Source: Catajapyx aquilonaris
Lineage: Eukaryota
Direction of reading: 5' to 3'
Length of the DNA stretch: 64,000 nucleotides
Assembly (NCBI GenBank): GCA_000934665.2
Contig: JYFJ02001994.1
Span: 1-64,000, forward strand
Shown piece by piece: positions 43,821 through 56,240 of the stretch; within the stretch, counting starts at the first letter, position 1, and every line of letters starts with the position of its first letter. A program made the translations under genes and the position numbers. Below the pieces are notes generated by a model that did not search any database, was not told the DNA's origin, and saw only the letters and a program-made list of their open reading frames with translations.

Positions 43821-44183
43821 AACTTTTCTTCATACCAATGATTACCCTCCAAGGGCAGTGTGCATATTCCTTTCTCACATGTCACTCTTTCACGGAGATA
43901 ATATCAGGTTTCTGCGGTTTGCTTTTCTTCCACAATCGAACACGCCTTATATTAAATTTTAAAAGGACATATTTTTGCACCATCACACTGATTGTGCTGC
44001 CGGGTTACAGCTACAGAGGCGAATGATTTCGGAAAACATAATAAGAACATTCGCCTTTTTCATGCTAAAAAATAAACGAACTGCAGCACTAGCGATGAAT
44101 CAAGTTGAACATCTCAGATTATGTAAATAAACCTTATGTCGGGAGTACGAAAACTCTGTGGGGAGTACTTATACATGAGCATT

Positions 44184-44368
44184 CCATTTGTGCTTGCCGA
44201 TTTGTCCAAAGTCCAGATTTATGCCCTTTTTTCTTTTTTCTCAAATGTTGTAAAACGCATCCAACTGTGTGGTTAGTATGACGATGCTTGGTGGTTGTGT
44301 CCCCCTAAAAATGGCCAATAGGCCAGCTAATGGGGTAAAATAAATAAAAATAAAATAAAAAAATAAAA
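44184..44368 (+). mobile_element. Short retroposed insertion (SINE or 5'-truncated LINE 3' end) with A-rich tail and 14-bp TSD
   Basis: TATACATGAGCATT at 44170-44183 and 44369-44382 flanks 185 bp that end in a small stem-loop (tggccaataggcca) and an (A)nT tail. Confidence 0.75.
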
Positions 44369-45934
44369 TATACATGAGCATTTCTCGAGTACGAGGTTTG
44401 TCCTCCGAAGGTCCGGTCGGTATGTCTCCCCCGGGTGAGATGTGTGACTCACATTTACTCGGATACATCCTTTCTGAAACCCATATGACTTCTCCACGTG
44501 GGACATCAAATTGTGACATAATAGTGACCTCATCTCGACATCTCTTTGGACAGCATCCTCAACCTGTGAGCTCATAGTCTGATCTCGCATGTGCCTGCAC
44601 AATGTAATTAGACTGAAATAGTTTCTGATCACGTAAATGACAAGAGTAATTTTAAAACATTTACAAATAGTCGTATCAGCATGAGTTGGACGTATATGAC
44701 CGCCCCAATGTCCAAAAAACATAGTGTGACGTCACCAACGGGAGATATGACTCGTGTCCTTCTCGAAACCCAAACAATGAGCTGTTACCCGTGTACATCA
44801 AGCCGCCATGTGCCTCGCGTTAATCAGGAATATTCTCTACATCATATAGGATGTGCATTCAATAAAACTGTAAGAAGGAGGTGCAATGGCCAACTTCATA
44901 CGCAGCGAGGGATGATTAGAGAAGAGTCGTTTATATGGGTAAGTTATCCATTGAAGTTAATTAGACAGACATGGAGAAGATTGTGGTCCTGATTCCCTCT
45001 AAGTAGATTTTTTACAGAGGTTATATTTCCCTGCAAGTGACTGTTTCATATTAGATTATTGAAAACTTGGCTAACTGAGTCATGCGCAACGTCTAGTAAC
45101 CAATAATAAATTTGCGTAAGGCCGTTGTCGGGGTCACACTGCGCAACAGGTTGGTGAATCTAAAACTGGCCGATGGCGCGGCGTGGGAGGAATGTGACAA
45201 ACGGGGAATGGGCGGCCCAACGACAAAGAAACCAAAGCAGCAGATCAGGCACTGCCGCAAAGGTGGGAATGGTAATGTTATCATAGGCTAATGGCAGATA
45301 TTGCGCAGATAAGCATCCAAAATATGAACATTCGGCTTCAAAAGGCGAGAAAAGAAATACTGGCAATAGAGTGGAAAAGAGCAAAACACTTGAAAATATG
45401 AACGTGGAGTTGACCTTATCTCAGGCCGTCTTGGGTTGTTTATATCACGAGTTACTCCTTTATTAAATCACCCATGGTTGTGAAAGTAAAGTACGCATTT
45501 TGCAGTTATAACTTCTCAAAATTCAACATTACAGAATTTTAAAGCACATAATCAAAAAAGTCAATAGGTTTTTACATATCAAATCTAAGCAAAACACACA
45601 CGAAACCCAAAGAAACAATACTCTTCCTTTTCCCTTCTTTCTCTTACTCTTCAAAGCAGCCGAGGCATTGCCATCTGAGCTCTGTGGAGGAATAAACTCA
45701 TCCCCGGGTCACTAAAATCAGACAAGGACTGGTCACTGTCCTCTACATCCCTGAACACAGCAGCCTGCAAACAATGTGTAATCAGTGGTAATGGAGATCT
45801 AATTCGACTAATCCCTTCACTGATGTGCAAGTGATGTATTTTATGTTCTTTACATCCAGATAACTGTGTATATAACGTACCAGATAATCACTTCTTCTGG
45901 CAATAATTTTTCTGTACGTTCAAGATAATGGAAA

Positions 45935-46030
45935 AAAATCACTCATGAAGGCACATTTGCGAAAAGGTTGTGCTCGGCGAGATAATCCGTTACCAAGAAA
46001 CCAACGACAACAAATGAGATAACATCCGCC
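45935..46030 (+). mobile_element. Possible Penelope-like element RT C-terminal fragment
   Basis: HS*RHICEKVVLGEIIRYQETNDNK resembles the PLE HP.H..K....GE..RY.R.N motif. Confidence 0.4.
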
Positions 46031-46520
46031 TCTGGTCATCATCTTACAGACATAATTACAATGATCCATTCTAAAGTTTCCAACAAGCACGAACTCCGCA
46101 GATATGAATGCTTCATGCACACAAAATAGCAACCATATTGCAAAAAAAAAATCCAGTACAGGTGAAGAGTAAAGTTTGAACATATGAGATGTAAATGTGT
46201 CAATTATGTCAAACAGGTAATGTGGTGGCGCATATAATTAATCCCAAAATAATTATACTGACATCCTCGTGAGATTCAGCTGCTGCTGATATTGAGACGG
46301 ACACTATCCAGGTAAAATATAGCCACAGTCAATAATGCTACAGGTGCGGTTTGCATGACAATTTGAGCAGGGAATATAATTATTATTATATACTGCAATA
46401 CAGTTATACAATACGCTTCCTATTTTTACTGTATGACAATTTCTGTCCGAATTTGTGAGAGACGTAAAGCTAAATAAAACGTAGGCTTCAGTACAAGTAC
46501 AACATGGAACATTTCCAACA

Positions 46521-47490
46521 TTGGTGCCACTGCTGTCCACAAAACAGTTAGACGACCTCACCCCACGGTTGCAACGGCTGCGGATCAGGCTACTATACGG
46601 TAGGATTCAACACCTACAACACTGCAGGCTCCGCCGGGTCAAGCTGAGCACACATAAAAATACAGGTCAGTGATGGGTCACCAAAATTAGACTGATTGAG
46701 GAGCACCCTCCCTACATTTGGTGATCGCAAGATGACCTGCATGAATCTTCTCCCAGGATCTCCTTGTGTACCGGGCGCGGAATAAACACTCTGTCTCCAT
46801 GGGATATGAGCCCGTCATTAATTGTGGACCCATTCCTATATTTCCAGTACACCTGATATGGATGTGGGACTTATTGTTTCCGTTCGGGCCAACGATCTGA
46901 TATGTATGCATTCGCTGGGATTTTTCATCGTCCTTTTGGCTGCGCTGGAAACATCCGTAGCGTTACATCCGTGGCTGGCAGAGAAGCGACGGACGCCCTC
47001 ACGTACGCGTCAACTTCTTCCTAGTCTGGTGAACAGGATGCAGTACTCACGTCAGATTGAGGTCATGGTGCAGTCTTGCCAAGTATGTATCCAGGAACGG
47101 AAAAATCCTGTTGAGCCACTCACCCCTCCCGAGTGGCCATCACGTCCTTGGCAACATTTAGCCATGGACCTATGCAAGAGCCAAGGAAGTTGGTATTTGG
47201 TAGTAACAGATTATTACTCCCGTTATCCAGAAGTGGCTCTCCTTAAGTCACTGACATCAGCACATGTCATCAAATCGATGGCCGGCATAGTGTTTCCAAG
47301 ACAGTGCGTAGCGACAATGGACCCCAGTTCCAGCCACTGAGGACTTCCGAGTTCACAACCTTTGCTAGGGAATATGGGTTTCAGAATATTACCTCCAGCC
47401 CTAAATTCCGGCTAAGCAATAGGGAAGATGAAGCCGCCGTCGAGACAACAAAAGGGTTAACACGTAAATTAATTAACCCATATCTCGCCT
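46521..47490 (+). mobile_element. Gypsy (Mag/K02A2.6-like) pol relic: RNase H end, H2C2 zinc-binding region and integrase core, with an internal inversion
   Basis: Plus strand LVPLLSTKQLDDLTPRLQRLRIRLLY at 46521-46598. Minus strand EEVDAYV...SLPATD...NDGLISHGDRVFIP...KIHAGHLAITKCREGAPQSV at ~46672-47040. Plus strand SRQIEVMVQSCQVC...RPWQHLAMDL...LVVTDYYSRYPEV / VRSDNGPQF...ITSSPKF from 47047. Confidence 0.92.
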
Positions 47491-50400
47491 CATGCCATAT
47501 TTGTGCCGCTCCCGGGCCTGTTCAAGGGCCCTAACAGTACAGCAGCTGGCCCATCGGCGGACACAGTCGTCCAACAAGCAACACAGATGATACGAGACAC
47601 ACTGCGGAACATGGCGGACGACGAGCCAAATTTAATCGGAAATATCAAAACTACCAAAAAATTTAATTGCAGAGTAGGCGTGCAGGGAGAGATGGAAGCA
47701 CTACAATCACGCACGCTGGAAACAAAGCAGCTGTGTTGGATGGCCATGTTTGCCCCAACTCCTTCCCCTGCCATCCTGAAATAGGTCATAAAAGACTAAA
47801 AGACAACAAAGAGCATTATTATTTATTTATTTATAGTTGTTTCAAACCAGTAGCCTTATTAGGCAGTGGTGCATATTTAAAATGCGAGGTTCCGTGAGAA
47901 ACTAGTCAAATTCTTTCAGCAATTGTACCTACTACTTTCCCACTTTGACACTGCACTCACGAGTCATCCATAGAGTAACAATAGACCAGTAATACATATT
48001 ATCTTGTGTCTGTAATGGTTCCAAACTAATGTGCCTCTTTTCGCACTATAACGTCAATGTCTGAAAGGATTACAGCGGCATGAGCTTGAGAGAGAATCTA
48101 CCTGTTTCAAGGTGACAGGAGCTCCATGGATTAGAATTATGCTAGCATTGAAAACGCCAGTATGATACACTGAACTACCAGGTGGCTCCACAAGCACATC
48201 AAAAGAGTGGAGCTTAGTTATTTTCAAAATGTGAAAATCTGGCTAAATACGACATAAAAGCGAAATGTGATGACCTCAGTAAGGCAATTAAATACACCCA
48301 CCACCAAGTGTCCACTTGCGCAAATCATACATTGCGCAGGCAGTAACAGAAGAGCAGAGAGAGCATGTGCATATTGTGCCAATGTTGACTCCTGGTAAAC
48401 TGATGCAAAATGCTTTTTATAAGTAGCATATATAATAACTTCTCATACCCATTCCGAAAGGAAATACAGACATAGAGCAACAGTGTAGACTGGACATCAT
48501 TCAATATAATTACCAAACAATTCTTTTAAAATCTTCAATATTTTCTCTGAAATACAGCAATGAAGTTCTACCTTAATTGGAATCAATTCCGCTTGAAATT
48601 TCCAAAAAAACTTGTGGGCTCTACAAATGTACAATGTCATTAGCAATGTTTGGGCAATTTTGGTTAATATAAACCTCAACCAAGTGCCACTGAGGTTCTG
48701 TTGCAGCCAAAAGACCAACAAAGAGGAAATTTCTTAACAATCTGGCCGAAGCACTCAATTTCAAAGCTTCACGAATGAGAGGCCTGCCTTGGCAGCCTCA
48801 ATTTGAACGGAAGTTGTGGACTAGACGAATGAGGTACCAGCAAAAATATTCATTTCACAACCTCAAGCGGATACGTACAGTAAAACCTTCGCTGTCCCTT
48901 GTTCCTGCACGCTGTGGCATGTGAATTGTCGGCAGTATCGTTGGCGAAGGAGCTGGTCAGCTGGTCAAACAACCACTATCGACTGTCATGTACGATTTGA
49001 ACTGTTGAAAGATGCAAATACTACTTACTGTAGACTCGAAGCACCCTTGCATTCAGCGATACATGGTGCAGTGACTGTCACTGTCATTTTGTAATGGAAC
49101 ATTGCACTTGTGTTGCACAATACGAATACGTAAGTACAATAAACAATGCACGTATTCCCACTCCTGTGAGTGGTACATTATGAATATGTAGGAGTTTTAA
49201 GTTACTTCATCTGACTACAGTAACATAATGGTATGGTTTTTGTGGGAGCATGCAGCATTCTTGATTAGAAGTCGTTCTGCTGCTTGATGATGTCCTTAAA
49301 TTGATTACTGTTGGCCCTTCCTTGAGGATGTAAAAAGTGAGCTGCAAATTTATTGCATTAATTCGCCACCCAATGGAAAATACATGTAAGTAAGACTTAC
49401 CGCTGAGACTAAGAATGGGGGTTACTGGAACTTCTGCAGTGATCAACAGTCCATCCTGCGACCCTGACATGGAATCTCTGTCTACACACCAAACGTGGTG
49501 CTCCTGTCGCAGGCATTATCTGACCACCTCCAATTTGACAAAATCAATCAAGCTTCTGCCTCACACTTGTATCACCATTTTCTATTTTTCTATGGCAAAG
49601 AAGTCTACATCACTAGCAATCACATGAAAGAAGAAATGACGCCAACATTAGGACCGGACCTGAACGGCAATAAATGACGTATCACAATGTAACCTACACA
49701 GCAACCACAACAAAGCTGGGAGTAAACACATTTGTGTTATTCCACTCTGTAGTTCCACCCTGTCTGCATGACACAATCATAATCGGAATAATATTGCATA
49801 GCGATATGTCAACATGAGCACAGTATGAAGTACAGACATGTTACAATTATTAATGATGGAGTGTCTTGCATGTATGTCACTTCTTACTCATTTTTTAAAA
49901 AAGTGGCTCGTTTGTAAAGGTGTTAGAATAAAATGCCACGTTAATATCGCCTTCAATTGGTCACAATATGTGGGGTAATAAAACTCTCCTTAATAGTGGC
50001 GGGGGTAGCAACTGATCTCAGCAGCATCTGCCACTTTCAATTTCACCATTAATACGGCACATATTATATCAAGGAACGTACATAACAAAGTGGGTGGGTG
50101 CGTTATGGAAGGCGATCTCTTAGACATCGACATTCATGCTACTTTTGACATTGAACACCAGTTCGATGCAGCAGTCAGGTGTCAGGCAAAATCAGATTAC
50201 ACACATCGGAAAAGAGACTCAAAGTGTAGCTGGCCAATGGGCCAAGTGTCAGATTCGCAGTTCAGATAAAACGTAAAAGATCCCTTGATCTCTATGACTT
50301 CTTACACTACTGATTTTATCAATTGAATACTTTACTTCCCTTGAGATCACATGAAGTTTATATTATATAACTCAAACTTGGCAAACGAGAAGGGCACGTA

Positions 50401-51662
50401 ATTTCTTCAGTCCGCATGTACGCATGTGGGCGATATATTTTCAATTTAAACTGTTACTTCAACAAAACATGCTATTATGCTTGTAAAAAATAGTGCTGCA
50501 TTAGTTCCGTGGTAAAAAAATGTACCGCAACAAGTACGTATATAATTACCATGTAATTAAATAATGCAATTGACATTGGTAGTACTGTGAAGTCAATAAA
50601 CTGGCTTGTCCCAATTATTAATAAACCAACTCCAAGAGACATCATACTCATTCCGACTGATGACAAAATCGGTCATAATAAAATCAACATCCAATAATAT
50701 TGGAGCAACAAACAACACTTGTCGGTTAATCAGGTGCAATGAAAACCATTATACAAAAAGAAAGTGTCGTAAATTTACTGAAACTTTTTTTAAAGCTGCA
50801 GGGCAGGACAAGGCAGTGCAGCCAGTTTAAATACAAGCAAATATCTTCCTATAGGTTATACCCCTGACAATGCCAATAAGCATAAATCAAATTAGCATAT
50901 ACATGCCAAAGACGAATAGACAATTTGCGGAAGTAGCCTTACTCTTTCAGGTCATCATGCTCTCTCCACCCATATGTTTTGTAAGGTTTATTATTGATGT
51001 ACTTTTCCTTGGCCAGACGATGCACATTTACCTCGACATTTACTCTGTGGTTGTATTAAATGTCCAGTATTGCAACTGGCAAGGACTGACCACTACATCT
51101 CCTCACTGTGTGATGGGGTTGGGTTGGGTTGATGGGGTTTGATTCGCACTTTTCGACTCCTGTACTATGTGACGTAATTGTTTCCCATCACCCATTGCGC
51201 CTCTCCTGTTGTATCATGACCTCATTTCAATTTCCCATCATCCCTTGCATTGTCTCGACCATTCAATATTGCTCCACATGTATCTCCCGTCATTCTTTGC
51301 GCCTTGTGGATCCTTTTGATGGATGCCCTGATACCAAGCCGTTAACCTCACTTTTTGTGTTGTGTCCTTGAAGCAAACCATGTCGTTCTTATGTGTTGAG
51401 AAGGAGTGCACAGCATCTCTCTTTTTACGGTGTGATCGACCATTATCTGCTTTAACGGGAGGGACCCGTTGAATTGTGGGACAACCTCTACCTATTTAGC
51501 TAGCGAAGAGGACTCGAGTTTTGCCATTCATTTCACTGCCTTGCCATCACGCACTTTCAGAACCCGTCTAATAACATGTTTCTGGTGTGTGCATTTTACC
51601 TACAGGAGACACTGCCTGAAACCATGGCCGCCCATACCAGCCTTCCGGCCATCCGAGGCCTC

Positions 51663-52500
51663 TGGAGGCCTCTGGAGGGAGTTTTCTCATGCTCCCACGA
51701 AGAGGCAGATTCACGAATATTCGTACACGCAAGACATTCAGCAATGGAGGGCTACACAACACTTAAGATAATGGCAAATGACACCGATGTGGTTGTCATT
51801 GCTATCAATGTCATGCCACACCTGCAAAGACTTGGCATACAAAAAATGTGGGTTACCTTCGGACAAGGAACTTCAACACGATGGCTCCCTGTGCACGAAA
51901 TTGTCTTACAAATTGGACCTGAGAGGAACCGAGGAATGCCATTTTTTCATGCATTCACGGGATGCGATGTATAGTACCTGCGTTCCGAGGCAAAGGAAAA
52001 AAGACAGCCTGGCAAACTTGGAACGTATGCACAGACGTAACTGCCACTTTCATGCCAAGTTAAGCGAACAACAAACACATTTCGACGAGAATGATTTGCT
52101 CAAACTAGAACAGTTTGTGGTGATCATGTATGATGGGTCAAGTGAGGCAATCTGCGTGAATGATGCCAGAATGGACATGTTCACTCGTAAGCAACGGGCA
52201 TGTGATGCCATCCCACCTACCCAGGCTGCCCTCAAAGAGCATGTGAAACGAGCAGCCTACCAGGCCGGCATCTGGAGTCAGTCACTCATCAGTCAGCCAG
52301 AGCTACCCAGCCCATCTGACTGGGGATGGGAGAGATGTGGGGATCGATGGAAGATAGTGTGGACGACTATGCAACCTATTGCTACCGGCTGCCAGGAACA
52401 GACCAAGTGCCAATGCCAGAAAACTTGTAGCGGGAGATGTGTGTGTTTCCGTCGTGGTCTTAATTGCACACCACTCTGCAGCTGTGTATGCCAGGTGTAG
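51663..52500 (+). mobile_element. Academ (AcademX-type) transposon protein C-terminal portion: XPG-like nuclease plus Cys-rich CXC finger; pseudogenised
   Basis: CSHEEADSRIFVHA, NDTDVVVI, FFHAFTGCDV, FRGKGKKTAW, LEQFVVIMY, IPPTQAALKEHVKRAAYQAGIW, PSPSDWGW and CQCQKTCSGRCVCFRRGLNCTPLCSC. Two 2-nt frameshifts at ~51971 and ~52052. A downstream aagatggcggccat motif lies at ~52619. Confidence 0.85.
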
Positions 52501-55500
52501 TTGGCCAATTGTTCCGCAGCTTATGATGTAAGACATGTTCTGCAGTTTCTGGTATAATAAAAATTAACGTGTATCACACAAATGGTGTTTTCATGAACTT
52601 ATTGGCAGTCATATTCGCAAGATGGCGGCCATATTCACGTTTCAAGTGGTTTGATAACATTTGCGATAATTTCGAGTAATTTATATGCCAAAACCTTACT
52701 GTACAGCTACTGTACAGTACAGCATAAGCCAAATTCCAACTGTCAAGTCAAATCACAAGCCAACATCACTGCATACAAGGTGTGTATCAGAGACCCACTG
52801 TTCCGTACAAATGCAGAAAATTCAACGATCCACACAATGACGTGCAACAAGATTACTGAAATTTTTAAAGACAAAAACAGTATTGCTGTAATGATGAAGC
52901 GAAAGAGGATAAGTTACTGATTCGCCATTATATTCCCTGGCCAAACAAACCTGGATAAACCCGAAAACCGAAAACCCCCAAGGCGCGACCACAAAAGCAA
53001 CCACCAAAACGCGCAGAGACGCATACAATTTAGAGCGAAACCCTTCACCACCTCAGATTTAGAGAACCAAGAGACCAAGAGAACCAAACCCGAGAGAGGG
53101 GGACCAAGAGAACCAAACCAGTACACATTAAAACTCCGCCGGCGACGGAGCTCGCCGCACGGTGACACATCATATTCATCCATTGATCCCCTGGAGCCAA
53201 GCATCAGCCGCCAAACAAAGAGAATTGAAGCTCCTCAGAAGAGATCCCATGAGCATCCTTGAAGAAGGGGGCCAGCCAGCACCGCTCCGCAAGGCCAGCC
53301 GCATTACCCCGGAGCGGGCCTCCCTCAGCTTCATTTTTGCAGGTAAAAAGACTGGTGGTTCACACGAGCGTCGTTCGTCTTTGTCGTTGTCGTTGCGGTA
53401 GTCCATCTAACTATTGGTTCCAATTCCAGCCTTCTACTTCCCCGCATGCCCTATTGCAGATGTTGTAGAATCTAAATTGTTACTGGTACCGTACTGAAAT
53501 GTCAGTACATTTATTTAAAAAAAGGAACATGCCCATGCTGTCATACTGTCATGGGCATGATGCAACCTGTCTTCCTGAGGGAGGTGGACCAACGTTCATT
53601 GGGTGGTCAACTCCACCATGTGGACCACCCCTGGCAGCCTTTGAGGACGTTGTTCGCCATGGATAGCGATGAATGTAAATGTTACCTCTCAACAGCTCAC
53701 TTCACAGAAACCCATCCTGTTGCTTCGAATCTGAATAATAAATTGTAATAATAATCTATGTTACCCTAACCCTAATAGTCATGGCCAGAATGTGCCGTGT
53801 GGTTGAGTTGCAGAACAGTCAAGGGAGATGCCCCACTTGCACTTCATGACAGGCTCCATTTTCTATTTCATGAAAGGCACATATGGAAAGAACATCCAGT
53901 CGCTCATCGATATGGTGAAATCAGGTACTGTGCTTTACTGTGATTTTTATCAACAGATAACTACATAGCAAGAACTTCAATAAAATATATAAGAACATCC
54001 CTCAGAAATAAAGATGCCTATATTGATATACAAGTTACTATTATCTTTCATTACCTAGTCATTAACATACCTTGTATTTATGTAGGATAGTTCCTTACTA
54101 CTTTTATTCATCCTCCCTTTATGCTGGGTACAAGAAACACTGCGTACAGAAAATTCACATTTTGGCATTATATGTCTAGCCTTGCCCTAGTATGAATCTG
54201 CTCCATGGCGTAGTACAATAATAAAATTAATTACATTTAACCTCCCCACTTGACAAAATCACAAGAAGGGCATAAGAAATGCAAATTCGTTAATTTGTAT
54301 AAATTATTGGACAATCTATCTACTCGTATATCACAATCAACCATGACTGTATTCTACTGCAGCAAAGAAAAATGACACTCTGCTCCATTATTGAAACATC
54401 AGGATAATAAAGTGGGGTTGAGGACTCTTCCGATGATGAATGAAGACGAACTTTGGGACTATGCTACACTTGACATATTTATACCTGCACGAGACAAATA
54501 ACCACATAATGGAAACACACAGTGAAACGGACTTAATCTAACAGCAAACGCTCCAATTCGGGACACAAATAAAGGACAGCTGCATGTCACTTGCTCCAAG
54601 AGAACTTTCGTGTGTCAGAAGACAAATGACTGAAAAACAAATCCCAGAAAGCCCGAAAATCACCTCCAAACCACCTAAAGAATTGCTATGGCGCAACAGA
54701 CACAAAGAAACACCGTATTGTGACTATCGCTGTGCAGAAAAATTAACTCCTAAGACAACCTCCAAAACAACGACCATCAAAGTCTCCATACCCTTAAACA
54801 AATTAAAACATCCATTGAAGAAAAACTCAAAATCTTCATACCAGTCCCTCATCCTTGATCCCACAAAAATGATAAAAACCCAGCCAACAGTGTAATGTAA
54901 TGTAATAACGCGTGTTAATGTTGTAAAGGAAATAATATGACTCATTGTTGAGGTGGTTACTACGTACCAGTATGTTTTGTTTGGGTTGTGTGGGGTAACG
55001 TGGTGTAACCAGGGGTCTGTCGTTTTGTTATTAGATTCACCTTGGTATTTGTTGCCAAGACCCCTGTGTTACCCACGTTACCGCACACAAACCGGGGTAT
55101 AAATAAAGGAGACAAACCGAGGTATATGTTGCTGGAAAGGGCGGCCTACCTTAACAGGACACCCTGGGTAATTGACCATGTCGGACGTACCCATGGCCCA
55201 GTGGAGGTCACAAGAAACCTGTACACGGACATGTGCGGGGACATCTGCCTTGGCCGTGTAATGACGACCATGCAGAAGAAACCGAGGTATAAATAAAGGA
55301 GACGGTGCAGTGACCAAGTCAGTCAGTGGCCAGCAGTCCGAGAGGAAGGTTCTCTGGAAAGGGAGCTCTCCCCTGCGACTCGAGTGGTCACTCATCCACT
55401 GACCTTCAGAAATCAAGAAAGGAGGGTCAACTACTAAGCAAGGGCCAAAACAGGCCCCTATCAACACAGTGCTGGACCAGATCCTACCAATCGCGGAGGC

Positions 55501-55720
55501 GCCCGGGGAAAAGAAGAGAAAAAAGCCCACAGTAACTACTGGAAGGTCTCTACAAAGACTACAAGAAGCAAACAAGAGGCGAGCAACACCACCAGCCATC
55601 GCCACAGTGGATACGGACATCATCGAGGTGATGGCGGACTACGACATAGTCTGGATGAACGACATCTTCATACCAGACCCTCCATTGTCCCCTCTCCCCC
55701 GCACTCCACCTCACCGAAGC

Positions 55721-55723
<3 letters not shown>

Positions 55724-55781
<58 letters not shown>
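55724..55781 (+). repeat. (TAA)n microsatellite, about 19 units
   Basis: Directly visible. Confidence 0.95.
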
Positions 55782-55782
<1 letters not shown>

Positions 55783-56240
55783 TAGCCAAAACCCAAGTCT
55801 CACTCCACCTCAAATTTAATTATTGTCTATGAATGACACACACGTCTACTTAAGTTTATACCGATGTTGGACGTGTTTTTTTACATCTCCGCATATGACG
55901 GAGATGAAGAAACGAAAGAAGATTGGTCTCTGTGTCCACTATCTCAAAAATATATTTTTGACTTGCCAGTAGATGCCAGAAGATAATGGTAGACACCAAA
56001 AACAATATAACTCGCTGGAACTTAGAGAAACACAATCAACAGCAACGACAGCTATGACGACAACCAGCAATGACAAAGTGGACGGCGAGATTTGTCGATG
56101 GAAATGGACATGCCAAATCTACATAACATCACATTATCAATTACTCACTTGTGCATGGAATACAATAACACTATTATTTGCGAATACTACTATAGGATTT
56201 TATTAAGACCGGCCAAAAAAAAAAAAAAAATGTAAAATGT

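Noticed and set aside
48600..48830. piggyBac C-terminal region (RKFLNNLAEAL), with paralog at ~33870
   Set aside because: It is a single short motif with frameshifted context, not enough to list as a feature.
53761..53775. Telomere-like CCCTAA x2
   Set aside because: The paralog at ~36768 has a single unit, so this is a 6-bp local slippage duplication.
420..53905. Repeated modules as a Dscam-like mutually exclusive exon array, tandem gene family or CRISPR-like array
   Set aside because: I found no conserved Ig or other protein frame, no consistent splice sites at module edges, no constant repeat with regular spacers, and module order is irregular.
55559..55813. Poly-Leu 'signal peptide' ORF on the minus strand
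   Set aside because: It is an artefact of the (TAA)n microsatellite.
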